DNA of 64,000 nt from NCBI GenBank assembly GCA_030141605.1, contig JAQGDQ010000311.1, positions 216,150-280,149 on the forward strand, given 5' to 3'. The notes beneath the pieces were generated by a model, which was not told where the DNA came from, did not search any database, and saw only the letters and a list, made by a program, of their open reading frames with translations. This document shows positions 1 to 13,100 of the stretch, in pieces. Both the position numbers and the translations under genes were made by a program. The stretch comes from Tubiluchus corallicola. Its lineage: Eukaryota; Animalia; Priapulida. Within the stretch, counting starts at the first letter, position 1, and each line of letters begins with the position of its first letter.

Positions 1-87
1 TGTAGGTTGTTATTTACAGTCAGCGATAATAGCTCTTTGAGCTAATGTTAATTGTTGACCCAAAAGCTGACTTTAAATAAAGATTAT

Positions 88-837
<750 letters not shown>

Positions 838-974
838 ATTATAACCGAGCTTAGATATAAACTGATTAGTAGAGAAACTGCTTACGCTTCAGTTGTAATA
901 ATTAGCAATTGTAGCATCAAAGATCAAAATAACACAAGTAAAAACTTGTACCAGAATCAAATGATTACACTTAC

Positions 975-1136
975 ATGAGAGAGTCTTCGCTAGGCGTCGA
1001 TGTTTACGGGCAGCCTTCGGGCTAGCGCTGCCGGGAATGGTCATCGTGCCACTCACTTGCTGGTCAGGACTGCGAGGAACCGGGTCACTAAATGCCGAGC
1101 TTGGGATGCACTTATGATGAAAAACTTGCTTACAAC
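975..1136 (-). CDS. MYO9: MYO9 exon 33 (C-terminal part of the C1 finger plus linker)
   Basis: [26 protein letters not shown]...RLAKTLS then GTAAGT; joins exon 32 in phase 1. Confidence 0.86.
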
Positions 1137-4100
1137 CTATGATAAGAGAAAACAATAATTTACTGGTAAGCAGATGGTTTAATGTAAGAAAGAACAGAAA
1201 TGAAGTGAAGCATGACCGACAACTTTCTCCACATGAGCAAAATAGAAAAATATCAAACTAGTGAACACAAAATTATATTTAGGTAATGAAAAAAGAAGTG
1301 AGTTACTAACATTAAAAATACAAGACCGTTTTGACCTGTTGATATACAAAAGCGTCCAAACAAAAGCAGTGGTCACTCAAGAAGATGAGCATCCTTAGTC
1401 AGACTGGCAAAACACATTTAGAAAACTAGTATTCTTAGAACTAAGTTAAAAGTAATTGACCGGATGACCTACAAAAGCATCCAAACAAAAGCAGTGGTCA
1501 CTCAAGAAGATGAGCATCCTTAGTCAGACTGGGAAAACACACTTAGAAAACTAGTATTCTTAGAACTAAGTTAAAAGTAATTGACCGGATGACCTACAAA
1601 AGCATCCAAACAAAAGCAGTGGTCACTCAAGAAGATGAGCATCCTTATTCAGACTGGGAAAACACACTTAGAAAACTAGTATTCTTAGAACTAAGTTAAA
1701 AGTAATTGACCGGATGAATTACAAAAGCATCCAAACAAAAGCAGTGGTCACTCAAGAAGATGAGCATCCTTAGTCAGACTGGCAAAACACACTTAGAAAA
1801 CTAGTATTCTTAGAACTAAGTTAAAAGTAATTGACCGGATGACCTACAAAAGCATCCAAACAAAAGCAGTGGTCACTCAAGAAGATGAGCATCCTTATTC
1901 AGACTGGGAAAACACACTTAGAAAACTAGTATTCTTAGAACTAAGTTAAAAGTAATTGACCGGATGACCTACAAAAGCATCCAAACAAAAGCAGTGGTCA
2001 CTCAAGAAGATGAGCATCCTTATTCAGACTGGGAAAACACACTTAGAAAACTAGTATTCTTAGAACTAAGTTAAAAGTAATTGACCGGATGACCTACAAA
2101 AGCATCCAAACAAAAGCAGTGGTCACTCAAGAAGATGAGCATCCTTATTCAGACTGGGAAAACACACTTAGAAAACTAATATTCTTAGAACTAAGTTAAA
2201 AGTAATTGACCGGATGATCTACAAAAGCGTCCAAACAAAAGCAGTGGTAACTCAAGAAGATGAGCATCCTTAGTCAGACTGGCAAAACACATTTAGAAAA
2301 CTAGTATTCTTAGAACTAAGTTAAAAGTAAAAAGCTGATGTCCTTCTTCATGTTTGAGTTTGTCTTGATGTTTTTCACGTATAACATTGTAACACAACTA
2401 GGCCCTTAGATACTATATTTTTAATATTTAATTTAGTTTTTATAGCAAAATACATTATTTTAATTTTACTTGAGTGACTAACTGCGTCAAATATCCATGC
2501 AAACTGAAAATTTTTTTCTACAGCCACTTTTGTCAAACCTTCACTCTAAAAACTGGTGAATTTTCCTTTTGCTTGAGCACATATAAGAACATGGCGTGAC
2601 TTACTTGAGCACATATAAGAACATGGCGTGACTTACTTGAGCACTTATAAGAACATGGCGTGACTTACTTGAGCACTTATAAGAACATGGCGTGACTTAC
2701 TTGAGCACTTATAAGAACGAAGCGTGACTTACTCGAGCACTTATAAGAACAAAGCGTGACTTACTCGAGCACTTATAAGAACAAAGCGTGACTTACTCGA
2801 GCGCTTATAAGAACATGGCGTGACTTACTCGAGCACCTATAAGCACTTATAAGAACATGGCGTGACTTACTCGAGCACCTATAAGCACTTATAAGAACAT
2901 GGCGTGACTTACTCGAGCAGCTATAAGCACTTATAAGAACACAGCGTGACTTACTCGAGCACTTATAAGAACACAGCGTGACTTACTCGAGCACTTATAA
3001 GAACACAGCGTGACTTACTCGAGCACTTATAAGAACACGGCGTGACTTATAAGAACACAGCGTGACTTACTCGAGCACTTATAAGAACACAGCGTGACTT
3101 ACTCGAGCACTTATAAGAACACAGCGTGACTTACTCGAGCACTTATAAGAACACAGCGTGACTTACTCGAGCACTTATAAGAACACGGCGTGACTTATAA
3201 GAACACAGCGTGACTTACTCGAGCACTTATAAGAACACAGCGTGACTTACTCGAGCACTTATAAGAACACAGCGTGACTTACTCGAGCACTTATAAGAAC
3301 ACAGCGTGACTTACTCGAGCACTTATAAGAACATGGCGTGACTTACTCGAGCACTTATAAGAACACAGCGTGACTTACTCGAGCACTTATAAGAACACGG
3401 CGTGACTTACTCGAGCACTTATAAGAACACAGCGTGACTTACTCGAGCACTTATAAGAACACAGCGTGACTTACTCGAGCACTTATAAGAACACAGCGTG
3501 ACTTACTCGAGCACTTATAAGAACACAGCGTGACTTACTCGAGCACTTATAAGAACACAGCGTGACTTACTCGAGCACTTATAAGAACATGGCGCGACTT
3601 ACTCGAGCACTTATAAGAACACAGCGTGACTTACTCGAGCACTTATAAGAACATGGCGTGACTTACTCGAGCACTTATAAGAACATGGCGTGACTTACTC
3701 GAGCACTTATAAGAACATGGCGTGACTTACTCGAGCACTTATAAGAACACAGCGTGACTTACTCGAGCACTTATAAGAACACAGCGTGACTTACTCGAGC
3801 ACTTATAAGAACACGGCGTGACTTATAAGAACACGGCGTGACTTATAAGAACACAGCGTGACTTACTCGAGCACTTATAAGAACACAGCGTGACTTACTC
3901 GAGCACTTATAAGAACACAGCGTGACTTACTCGAGCACTTATAAGAACACAGCGTGACTTACTCGAGCACTTATAAGAACACAGCGTGACTTACTCGAGC
4001 ACTTATAAGAACACAGCGTGACTTACTCGAGCACTTATAAGAACAAGCGTGACTTACTCGAGCACTTATAAGAACACAGCGTGACTTACTCGAGCACTTA

Positions 4101-7100
4101 TAAGAACACAGCGTGACTTACTCGAGCACTTATAAGAACGGCGTGACTTATAAGAACACAGCGTGACTTACTCGAGCACTTATAAGAACACAGCGTGACT
4201 TACTCGAGCACTTATAAGAACACAGCGTGACTTACTCGAGCACTTATAAGAACACAGCGTGACTTACTCGAGCACTTATAAGAACACAGCGTGACTTACT
4301 CGAGCACTTATAAGAACACAGCGTGACTTACTCGAGCACTTAGAAGAACATGGTGTGACTTACTCGAGCACTTATAAGAACACAGCGTGACTTACTCGAG
4401 CACTTATAAGAACACGGCGTGACTTACTCGAGCACTTATAAGAACACAGCGTGACTTACTCGAGCACTTATAAGAACATAGCGTGACTTACTCGAGCACT
4501 TATAAGAACACAGCGTGACTTACTCGAGCACTTATAAGAACACAGCGTGACTTACTTGAGCACTTATAAGCCCCAGAAAAGCTACTGATACTCTTGCTGC
4601 ACACGCTGCAGGTTTCATGCCGATAGATTTTCGTAAGTTTGCGACTGTGAGTGCAGATCGACTGTACATTCTCATTCACGGCTTCGTTGACACCAGCTGC
4701 TTAAAAGAAAAATAAAAAATGCTGATTTTACTTTTTGTTATATAGTATGGAGTAAAACAAAACATGTGCAATTTGAATTTACTAACCAATTATTAAATGT
4801 TGCTAAATTGTAACGTAACAGCGTAATTCTGAGTGCAAAATGCATCTCAAATGCACACTCGATTTTTTTGCCATCTTCCAATGGCTTTCATTACATAATT
4901 TGCACACGAGCTGAAATCTTTAAAAGCCAAAGCTACAGGACCAAGTAAAAAGTAGGGTAGATTTTATGTAAGAATTTCTGAAAGCTAATAAACATTTCAC
5001 ACATTATTAGTTTTAATATAAAACAAATCAGAAGTAACAATATTTAATCAAAACCATACCGTCCATCCGTTGCTTAAGAAGGAGGAAGTCACTTGTCAAG
5101 TCCTCCGGTGGCGACTCCTCACTGTCGTCAAACTCTCTCTTCATTGACTTGTCTGGCTTCTTACCACCTGAAGCCATATTATATAATTTTAATTTATTTA
5201 CAATTCAGAAAACACGATAAAATTGCACAATTTGACGTACTTGACCTTCTCATATTCTTTGATTTTAAATTGCCAAATCGTAAATGCAAATTTCTTTCAA
5301 CATTTCACAGTCGGTCAATTTCATTGATCATAGTTTCCAAAAACCCGCCCCTAAACCAGCTTGCTTGATTGTTCAAACTAGCAGCTTTTTCTAAAGAAAA
5401 CGACTGCATCAAAAACGTCCACATGATTATAGGAATCAATACTTTAACGAAACAAAAGTAATTATTATGGTACCAAGCATGCGTCTTATGTTTTTCTTCA
5501 CACCAGAGAATGGACTACTATACTTCAGACCAGCTTTTCCATCAGTGTCGGCTTTGCTCTTCAACGCGTGTTCAACTTGACTAGCGGAGGAATGATGCTT
5601 CCGATTCAGCCCATCTAAACTTTCCTAAAACAGAAATACAATTCTAAGTAAGTTTCAGCACGTTAGTTTGCGCAATTAGTTGCTCCACACAGGCTGTCTA
5701 GCACTCAATGTACAGAGGTAGTAAAGTTTATGCATAATAAAACATAACTGTCGAACATGTCGCAGGTGCGAGCATTTAATTTACAGTTCATAAATAATTT
5801 TGATTTGTAGTTTTAAACTTTTTGTTTTTCATTACCACTAAGTCAGTGCTGACATCTGTTGGTACACTTGGAAGTTTTCAATATATGTATGTACTTGCTA
5901 CTGGTGTATGTTTGTATAGAACTGGGTCACTGGACTTCTCTATGAATAACTGCTACTGTTGACTTGGTAGCAAGATGAGTGGACAAGCAATAGGATTAAA
6001 CTGCGGTTTTGATTATTATAACGTTTGTGACTCAGGTGCAATGATATATTAGCAGATGTATTGACTTTAACTTTTGTTTATTGCTGTTTATTTTCGTGTA
6101 TACGTGTATTGATTATGAGATTATGATTTCGAATACAATACAGATCGCAAAGTTAATTTTCATCCATTGATTTCATCTGTTCAACACGAACATCGCAACT
6201 ACAAAAACAGTCTGATAAACCTGCCAATGTCGGTTGTTAGCTCTCCCCAAAACACCAAAGCGAAACTTTAGCGTCACGACAGAACAGCTAAAGATTAGAA
6301 TAACAAATATTAAAAATTTTCCTAAACTAAGACCTAGTGAAATGCAAACGCTTCCTTTCGATATTTAGCTAGAAGACCAAAGGCACATTGTTTGACAAAG
6401 AAGCCCTCATTTAAAGCTGTTCTAGCACCCTAGTTGCAAAGCATAAAACATTCTTGATAAAGAAGTTAAAGGAACAATGAGAAAACATTTCTGCATTATC
6501 GTAATCCCAAAATGAGGTATAGAAGCATTCTCCCTCTAAATACAATGCAAACTTACTTCTGATAACAAATACTTGCTTCTGACAACCTAAGAACGTGAAT
6601 AAAACAAATAATAGTAAAAAAGCCAAGTGCTGAGCTTAGTACAAAGTATGCAATAATGTACATCAGTCTAAACCCAGCAGTAAAACTCATTATTAACCAT
6701 TATCGTGTTATTAGTAAAAAAGCTAAGTGCTGAGCCTAGTACAAAGTATGCAATGACGTACACCAGTCTAAACCCAGCTGTAAACCACATTACTAACCAT
6801 TATCGTGTTATTAGTAAAAAAAGCTAAGTGCTGAGCTTAGTACAAAGTACGCAATGATGTACACCAGTCTAAACCCAGCTGTTAAATTCATTACTAACCA
6901 TTATCGTGTTATCCTGCTGCTCTGACAGGCTACGTCCTAATGTTGCTGCGCGACCCTCATTGTAAGACCTGCGAACTAACTCAGCCTTCTCCCTATTCGT
7001 GACTTGATCAATGATTGACTGTTGACTGGAGAATGATCGGGACTTCTTGTGGACTTTATTTCTCCTCCGAGAAACATCGGCGGATTGCTCCGTCCCTTGT

Positions 7101-10100
7101 TCATTTTTGTCTCTGCAAAAAACATTTTATAAAATGAACAAATTTGCTACAAATAAAAAGTTGTGAATGTACGGTTGCTCAAAACAAGAAAAATATACCA
7201 CAAAATTTAATTAACTGCAAAGCCTGATAGTGGTTAGAAACATTACTCACTCAAGCAATTTTTTAGACATGTCTTCCGTACGGGAGACAGAATGATCACC
7301 GTGGTGATGAACTCTTCCCAAACTTCTAGATTTTTCCATCTTCTGTTGAATTCTTTTTCTGATACGTGCAAGCTCAGCTTCCGCATCATCTGTGATACCG
7401 CTACTTCTAAAAATGTTATAAAAGTATGTACAGTAACAGTTTTTGGTATCACCTATTTTAATATATAAAACAGATGCTTCCTTCAAATAAACAAATATTG
7501 TACAGTTTGAACTGAAAGAGAAATCAAGTCCAAAAAGTTTCAAAAGTTTAAACCAGAACTTACAAATTGGTTGTCGTAGTTTCTACTACTTAAAGGACAA
7601 GAGAAGGGTCACCTGAGTAGGTTTCACAAAAATCATCTTAAAAACTATATTACTTTACAGCAATTTTATGCATATATCGTGTTCAAAGGATTTTTTGTTT
7701 GTTTTCATTTTAAATCTCCCGCAATATTGTTCTAACGGCGCCATTACATGACGTCACTACGCCACGTAAATCAAGGGAAGAAAAGGCAATGTCCTTAAAT
7801 CTCCCGCAATACTGTTCCGATGGCGCCGTTACATGACATTACTACGCCTATGCCAATCTACATACCTGCTAGAAAGACTTATATAACTAGACTAATAATT
7901 TAAAATGTTTGTGCCAATTGGTAAAATATCGCTAACTCACCCTCCAGGGTGCGCCACTCACTAGCCAAAAATGTATTCTTAATCTTATTGACAAGGTACA
8001 GTAATTTAGAATTTTATTTAGTTAGCAACATGTATGCTACGAATGCTCTGATTATTTTTTCAAACTTTACTCAGTGTTATCTAAACTTGTTTCAAATGAC
8101 CTACCATTAAAATGGCTGAGCCTAACGGTCATCGCGGGAGTTTAAATTTACATGTTTCATACAGAGTTACAGCCGATGCAAACTCTGCATTCAAAAAATT
8201 TATACGCAAGTGGGATAAAATTCGAGATGAATTTTTTCAGCTTATTGTAAGTGGAGGGTTTTCTTGTGCTTAAAACGTCAATGAATGTTAATCACCAAAA
8301 CTGAAATCATTTCGGTGCTTAAACATATAAACTTCAGCATGGCTGCTGATCGGATTCACAATCTTATTTCAAGAACTTTGTAAATAAATATACACAGCGA
8401 CTGTAGTACAGGAACTATGATTGAATACTCAAATATTGTTAAACATTAAACGAAGATTTGTGCAAAAATTTAGTGATAAATCCTAGATATCCAGCAATTT
8501 CTGAGCAAGTAATCGCAAGTACTTCCAAGATAGAAACTGCGTATTTCATCAGTGACTCACCAGCTGTTAACCCCGAATTTCTCATTCAATTTGGCACAAC
8601 TATAATATGAATTTTTTGCAATCAAGACATGAATTAAACCTCAGAAAATAAGATGATAATTTATCTGGCACTTAATTGTTATTCTCAATACTAAACTGGC
8701 CGTAATTTGTACCAAACTAAGCTGTTTTCTGTGACGAATCTACCCGAGGATTTTGCAAACTCAAATACTCACTCTTCCGAATCTTGCCGCTTTTTTTGCC
8801 GAGAGGGAATGTACTCTTTGACAGGTGATAAGGTATCTGACAAAACAGTCTTCCTGCTGCTGTCGTGCGTCAGTACTCCCTCATCGCTCTGAGAATGATC
8901 ACCTTTACTGCTTGTTGGACTTGGCTCTAATGGCGTGATTTCTAACAAAATTAACAAAATAACTTCCAAGTTGAACTCATAGACACAACGGATGCTTACA
9001 TTCAATTAAGGATACTTTAGGAGATCTAGTATGAAAATCTTACGACACTTAAAAGCGTGTTAAGTCATACGATAGTGATGAAACAGAAATAAACACACTG
9101 AATCAATTTTATACTACACTGCGCTGAATTAAATGTATTACACATAACACGACACATTATATGTCAAGTATGGTTATTAAAACTATATCTCTGCTAACAA
9201 TATAACTTGATAAACACACAGAACTGCTTTCAATTGGTCAATGAACTCATGTTAACAAAAAACAGTTAGTACTGCAAACAGAAGCAAAGTTAGCTCACTT
9301 ATTATCCATTATAAATCACTGCACTGAACACATAAATTTGTAGATATAAAGTTGGGGTTCAATCACCCACCAATTAAGCAAACAGGGTTATTTAGGTCAC
9401 GTCTTTACATACTTTTGTCTGCTAGCATTTAACTGCTTTGGAAAAGCTTAAATATAAATATATATATATATAAAACAATAGTCTTCTATTCCTGTTCGTG
9501 AGTTTTCATAAGTATAGCTATGGGCCAAACTATATACTGATTTTTAATGAAAATGGTTAATTACAATAGAGAATGTAGGTGGCTGATAGAACACAACCAT
9601 TTTTTAGTACTAAAATGCTAAAAAAATTTACGAAGAAAAATGCATGTAACAAATCAGTTAAAATAAGATTGAAGTCAACATCTAAACCTTCAAGTGCATG
9701 TTACGTGACCTTCAAGTGTATGTTAGTTGACCTTCAAGTGTATGTTACTGACCTTCGGGTGTATGTTACTTGACCTTCAAGTGCATGTTACTTGACCTTC
9801 AAGTGTATGTTACTGACCTTCGGGTGTATGTTACTTGACCTTCAAGTGTATGTTACTTGACCTTCAAGTGTATGTTACTTGACCTTCAAGTGTATGTTGC
9901 CTGACCTTCAAGTGTGTTACTTGACCTTCAAGTGTATGTTACTGACCTTCAAGTGTATGTTACTTGACCTTCAAGTGCATGTTACTTGACCTTCAAGTGT
10001 ATGTTACTGACCTTCAAGTGTATGTTACTTGACCTTTAAGTGTATGTTACTTGACCTTCAAGTGTATGTTACTTGACCTTCTAGTGTATGTTACCTGACC

Positions 10101-13100
10101 TTCAAGTGTATGTTACTTGACCTTCAAGTGTATGTTACTTGACCTACAAGTGTATGTTACTGACCTTCAAGTGTATGTTACCTGACCTTCAAGTACATGT
10201 TACTTGACCTTCAAGTGTATGTTACTGACCTTCAAGTGTATGTTGCTTGACCAAGTGTATGTTATTCGACATGTAAGTGTAGGTAACTTAAACTATATCT
10301 TTCGAGGAAGTGCTCAGAGTTATTCCGCATACAGGTTAAAAATTAAACAGCCAGTCACTGTTCTTTTCTTCTTATTCACAGCAACCATTCACTTACGATC
10401 AATAATACTAGACAGATCCATTGTCATGTGTCTACCACTGATGCCCGTGTCAGCGTAACGAAACTGTGGTCGCGGAGGTTCGGGAAAATCGGGCATTGGT
10501 ATCAATTCCATGTCTTCGCTGCGGGGATGTTTCGGTCGCACTAGTTTACGCCATTCGTCTGCGTCAGTGAAAAAGCAAACAAACGTATACGCATTCTAAG
10601 CAGTGTTAAAAATGACGACGAGACACTTAGTAAACATTGTTAAAAACCACTCAGTAATTTTAAATATAAACAACTATTTACTCTTGTACAAATCAAAAGC
10701 ATACAAGATCGCTAGCGACAACGGTTTTTTGTGATTTACACAATTGCTATACAATGTAAAGCATCAAACCATCTTCAAAAATTATCTTTAACATCTTTAA
10801 CACGAACATTAACATTAGCAGTGTTATAAAGCAGTGAAAGCACAGTCATTCAAATGTCAAAGCATCAATGTGATCATGCAACGGCGACGGTTAAAAATCT
10901 CTACAACGTAGTTTAAATACCGTTCCGTCGAAAAGGTAAACTTCTCCGCTTTTTTGATTCGTCGATTTCCACTGTGATCGAAGTCAAATCGACAGGCGAC
11001 GGCTGCTCCTATAAAAAATATGCAAACTTTAAATACATTTGGAAAATTATAGAACCAATAGAACTTATAATTTTTATATTGCATACTGCAAAATGCTGCA
11101 ATAAAAGGCATACAGCAAATGAACGCTCTTCAATGTTTCAATTAAAAAAAGTTTAAAGGAAAACCGGATGATTGTGTAAACACGAGTTCAGAATAAAGAA
11201 TGCTCTAAAATATTGAAAACTACAATAGCTTATTTTAAATCAAAGCTTAGATTAAATAATAATTACCTCGGATACTCAAATTTCGTTAAACTTTCAAAGC
11301 TACACGCGGCTCAGTGAATCTACTAAGACTGGCAGCGGCGCCTTTTTGTCACATTCACATGGCCGACAAATAGAGGGCGGTACCGTGATAAGCATGATCA
11401 TGAACAGCCGTGTTAGTTTCTGACGTCGTATGATGTACAGCCCATTTTTCGTGACATCATGCGTTTAAGCAGTACAGTAACACCTATGCAAACGTGCTTG
11501 ATGCGCAAGGGAAGATGCCTGCCATTGCACAAACTGTGGTTAGTTTCTCACGTAACCAATAGCTGTGTTCGATTGCCGCTAATTAACCTTCTAAGCTAAT
11601 TATTCAAATATAAGCAACAATTACTAACTTTTATAGGCAAGAAAATGTATATTTTGGACAGTAAATTAAAATGAGATTGAGTCTAAACAATCGTCCGGCC
11701 TTCCGTTATTTAATTGCAAAAATGAAATGATATATTTAAAGGGAACGGTTGGCAAGAAAAAGTTTTTTAACTTTGTGAAGAGATGCTCATCTTTCAAATG
11801 ACAGTATTTACAACCATTTTGCCAGTGCTGTGATGACAAAGCACATACTTGAGCGGACATTACACACAGAAGATTTGTGTTGAAAGGGATGTTGACCGAG
11901 TTCTAAATACATACGTAAGTCAAATGAAATTAGCACGTCTATCTAACATGTGACCTTAGAGTCAGCATAAACTCAAACAAGTTTTCTTATTTCTACATTT
12001 TTATTAAATTAATTTAACGCTATTTTTCACTTCACATGCCAAATGATATCAGACATTCAGCAATATGCAATACCTTTCTATTATCATGTAGATCCAACTC
12101 GACCTCCAATGGCTTCCCAGGCGGTGATCCCATCTTTATTTCTCCATTTTCCAACTCGAGTTGCAACTCGGCAATCCTCAGTTTCCGAGCTGCTGCGGCT
12201 TCCTCCTCCAGCTGCTTCCGCCGCTTGGCTTCTTCAACAAGTGCCTCTTTGTACCTATAATCATCGGGAGGAATGGGGGACGTGTACCTGTAAGGACCAC
12301 AGCCAGGTCATGCCAAATGGGTTAGTAATAGTCTAGGGATGTGAAAAACAAATCAGAAATTTCTTTCCTCGGTTGTATTCGAATTTACTACTGAAGTCCC
12401 AAACAAGTCACGAGGCACCGAATCCAGGGTCGTCCTACGGAACCTTAATAAACTAATAAACCTCAAGATGTCTCTATAAGCTGTAAGAAAGTTTCTCAAG
12501 CTTGTGTAACAGGTTTCATGAATACCAATGAAAGCATAGTATCAAATGTAAACGGACTCAAAGATTTAGTAGACCAACCTGACGACAAATACAAAATTTA
12601 TCTGATTGAACTAATGTTAACTGAGATAATATAATATACTTGCAAGACTAAATATGAGGGAGAGTTTTTCATCAAGAACAACAAGAAAAATAACTGTTCT
12701 GAGTTAATTGAAAATAAGTGCTACAACTGTGCAGTATTCTTTCAATTGGACAGTCTGATATGCAATTAAGTTTTGTATCGCTAACTGCAAAATTGTGGAA
12801 AAACAATAAACCAGCAATGCAAGAAAGCAGGTGAAATCAATCCATTTGACGAGCGACAAAACCAAAAGCACATACAGTTGACGAAAGCAGAGTAAAAACA
12901 GCAGCAAACATGAATGCCAATGAAAGCAGAGTAAAAACAGCAGCAAACGGTGACGTAATCTTCCATTTGCTTGAGTTTGAGATAAATAGCGGAAGCTTGA
13001 CACCACATTTTAGCGCCGAGAAAACAACACAACAAACAGAAATCATTGCTAAACAAAGGCTAATTTTAATAAAAACATTCGGTCTAAAACAATTAGTGGC

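Noticed and set aside
2572-4555. Array units as 7-nt microexons (TAAG|TGCTCGA|GT)
   Set aside because: Weak AAG acceptor, no clear branch point, 25-nt spacing between units, and frameshifting length; unsupported without RNA data.
2572-4570. 32-bp repeat resembling a CRISPR array
   Set aside because: Head-to-tail units with no unique spacers, no cas genes, and a eukaryotic intron context.
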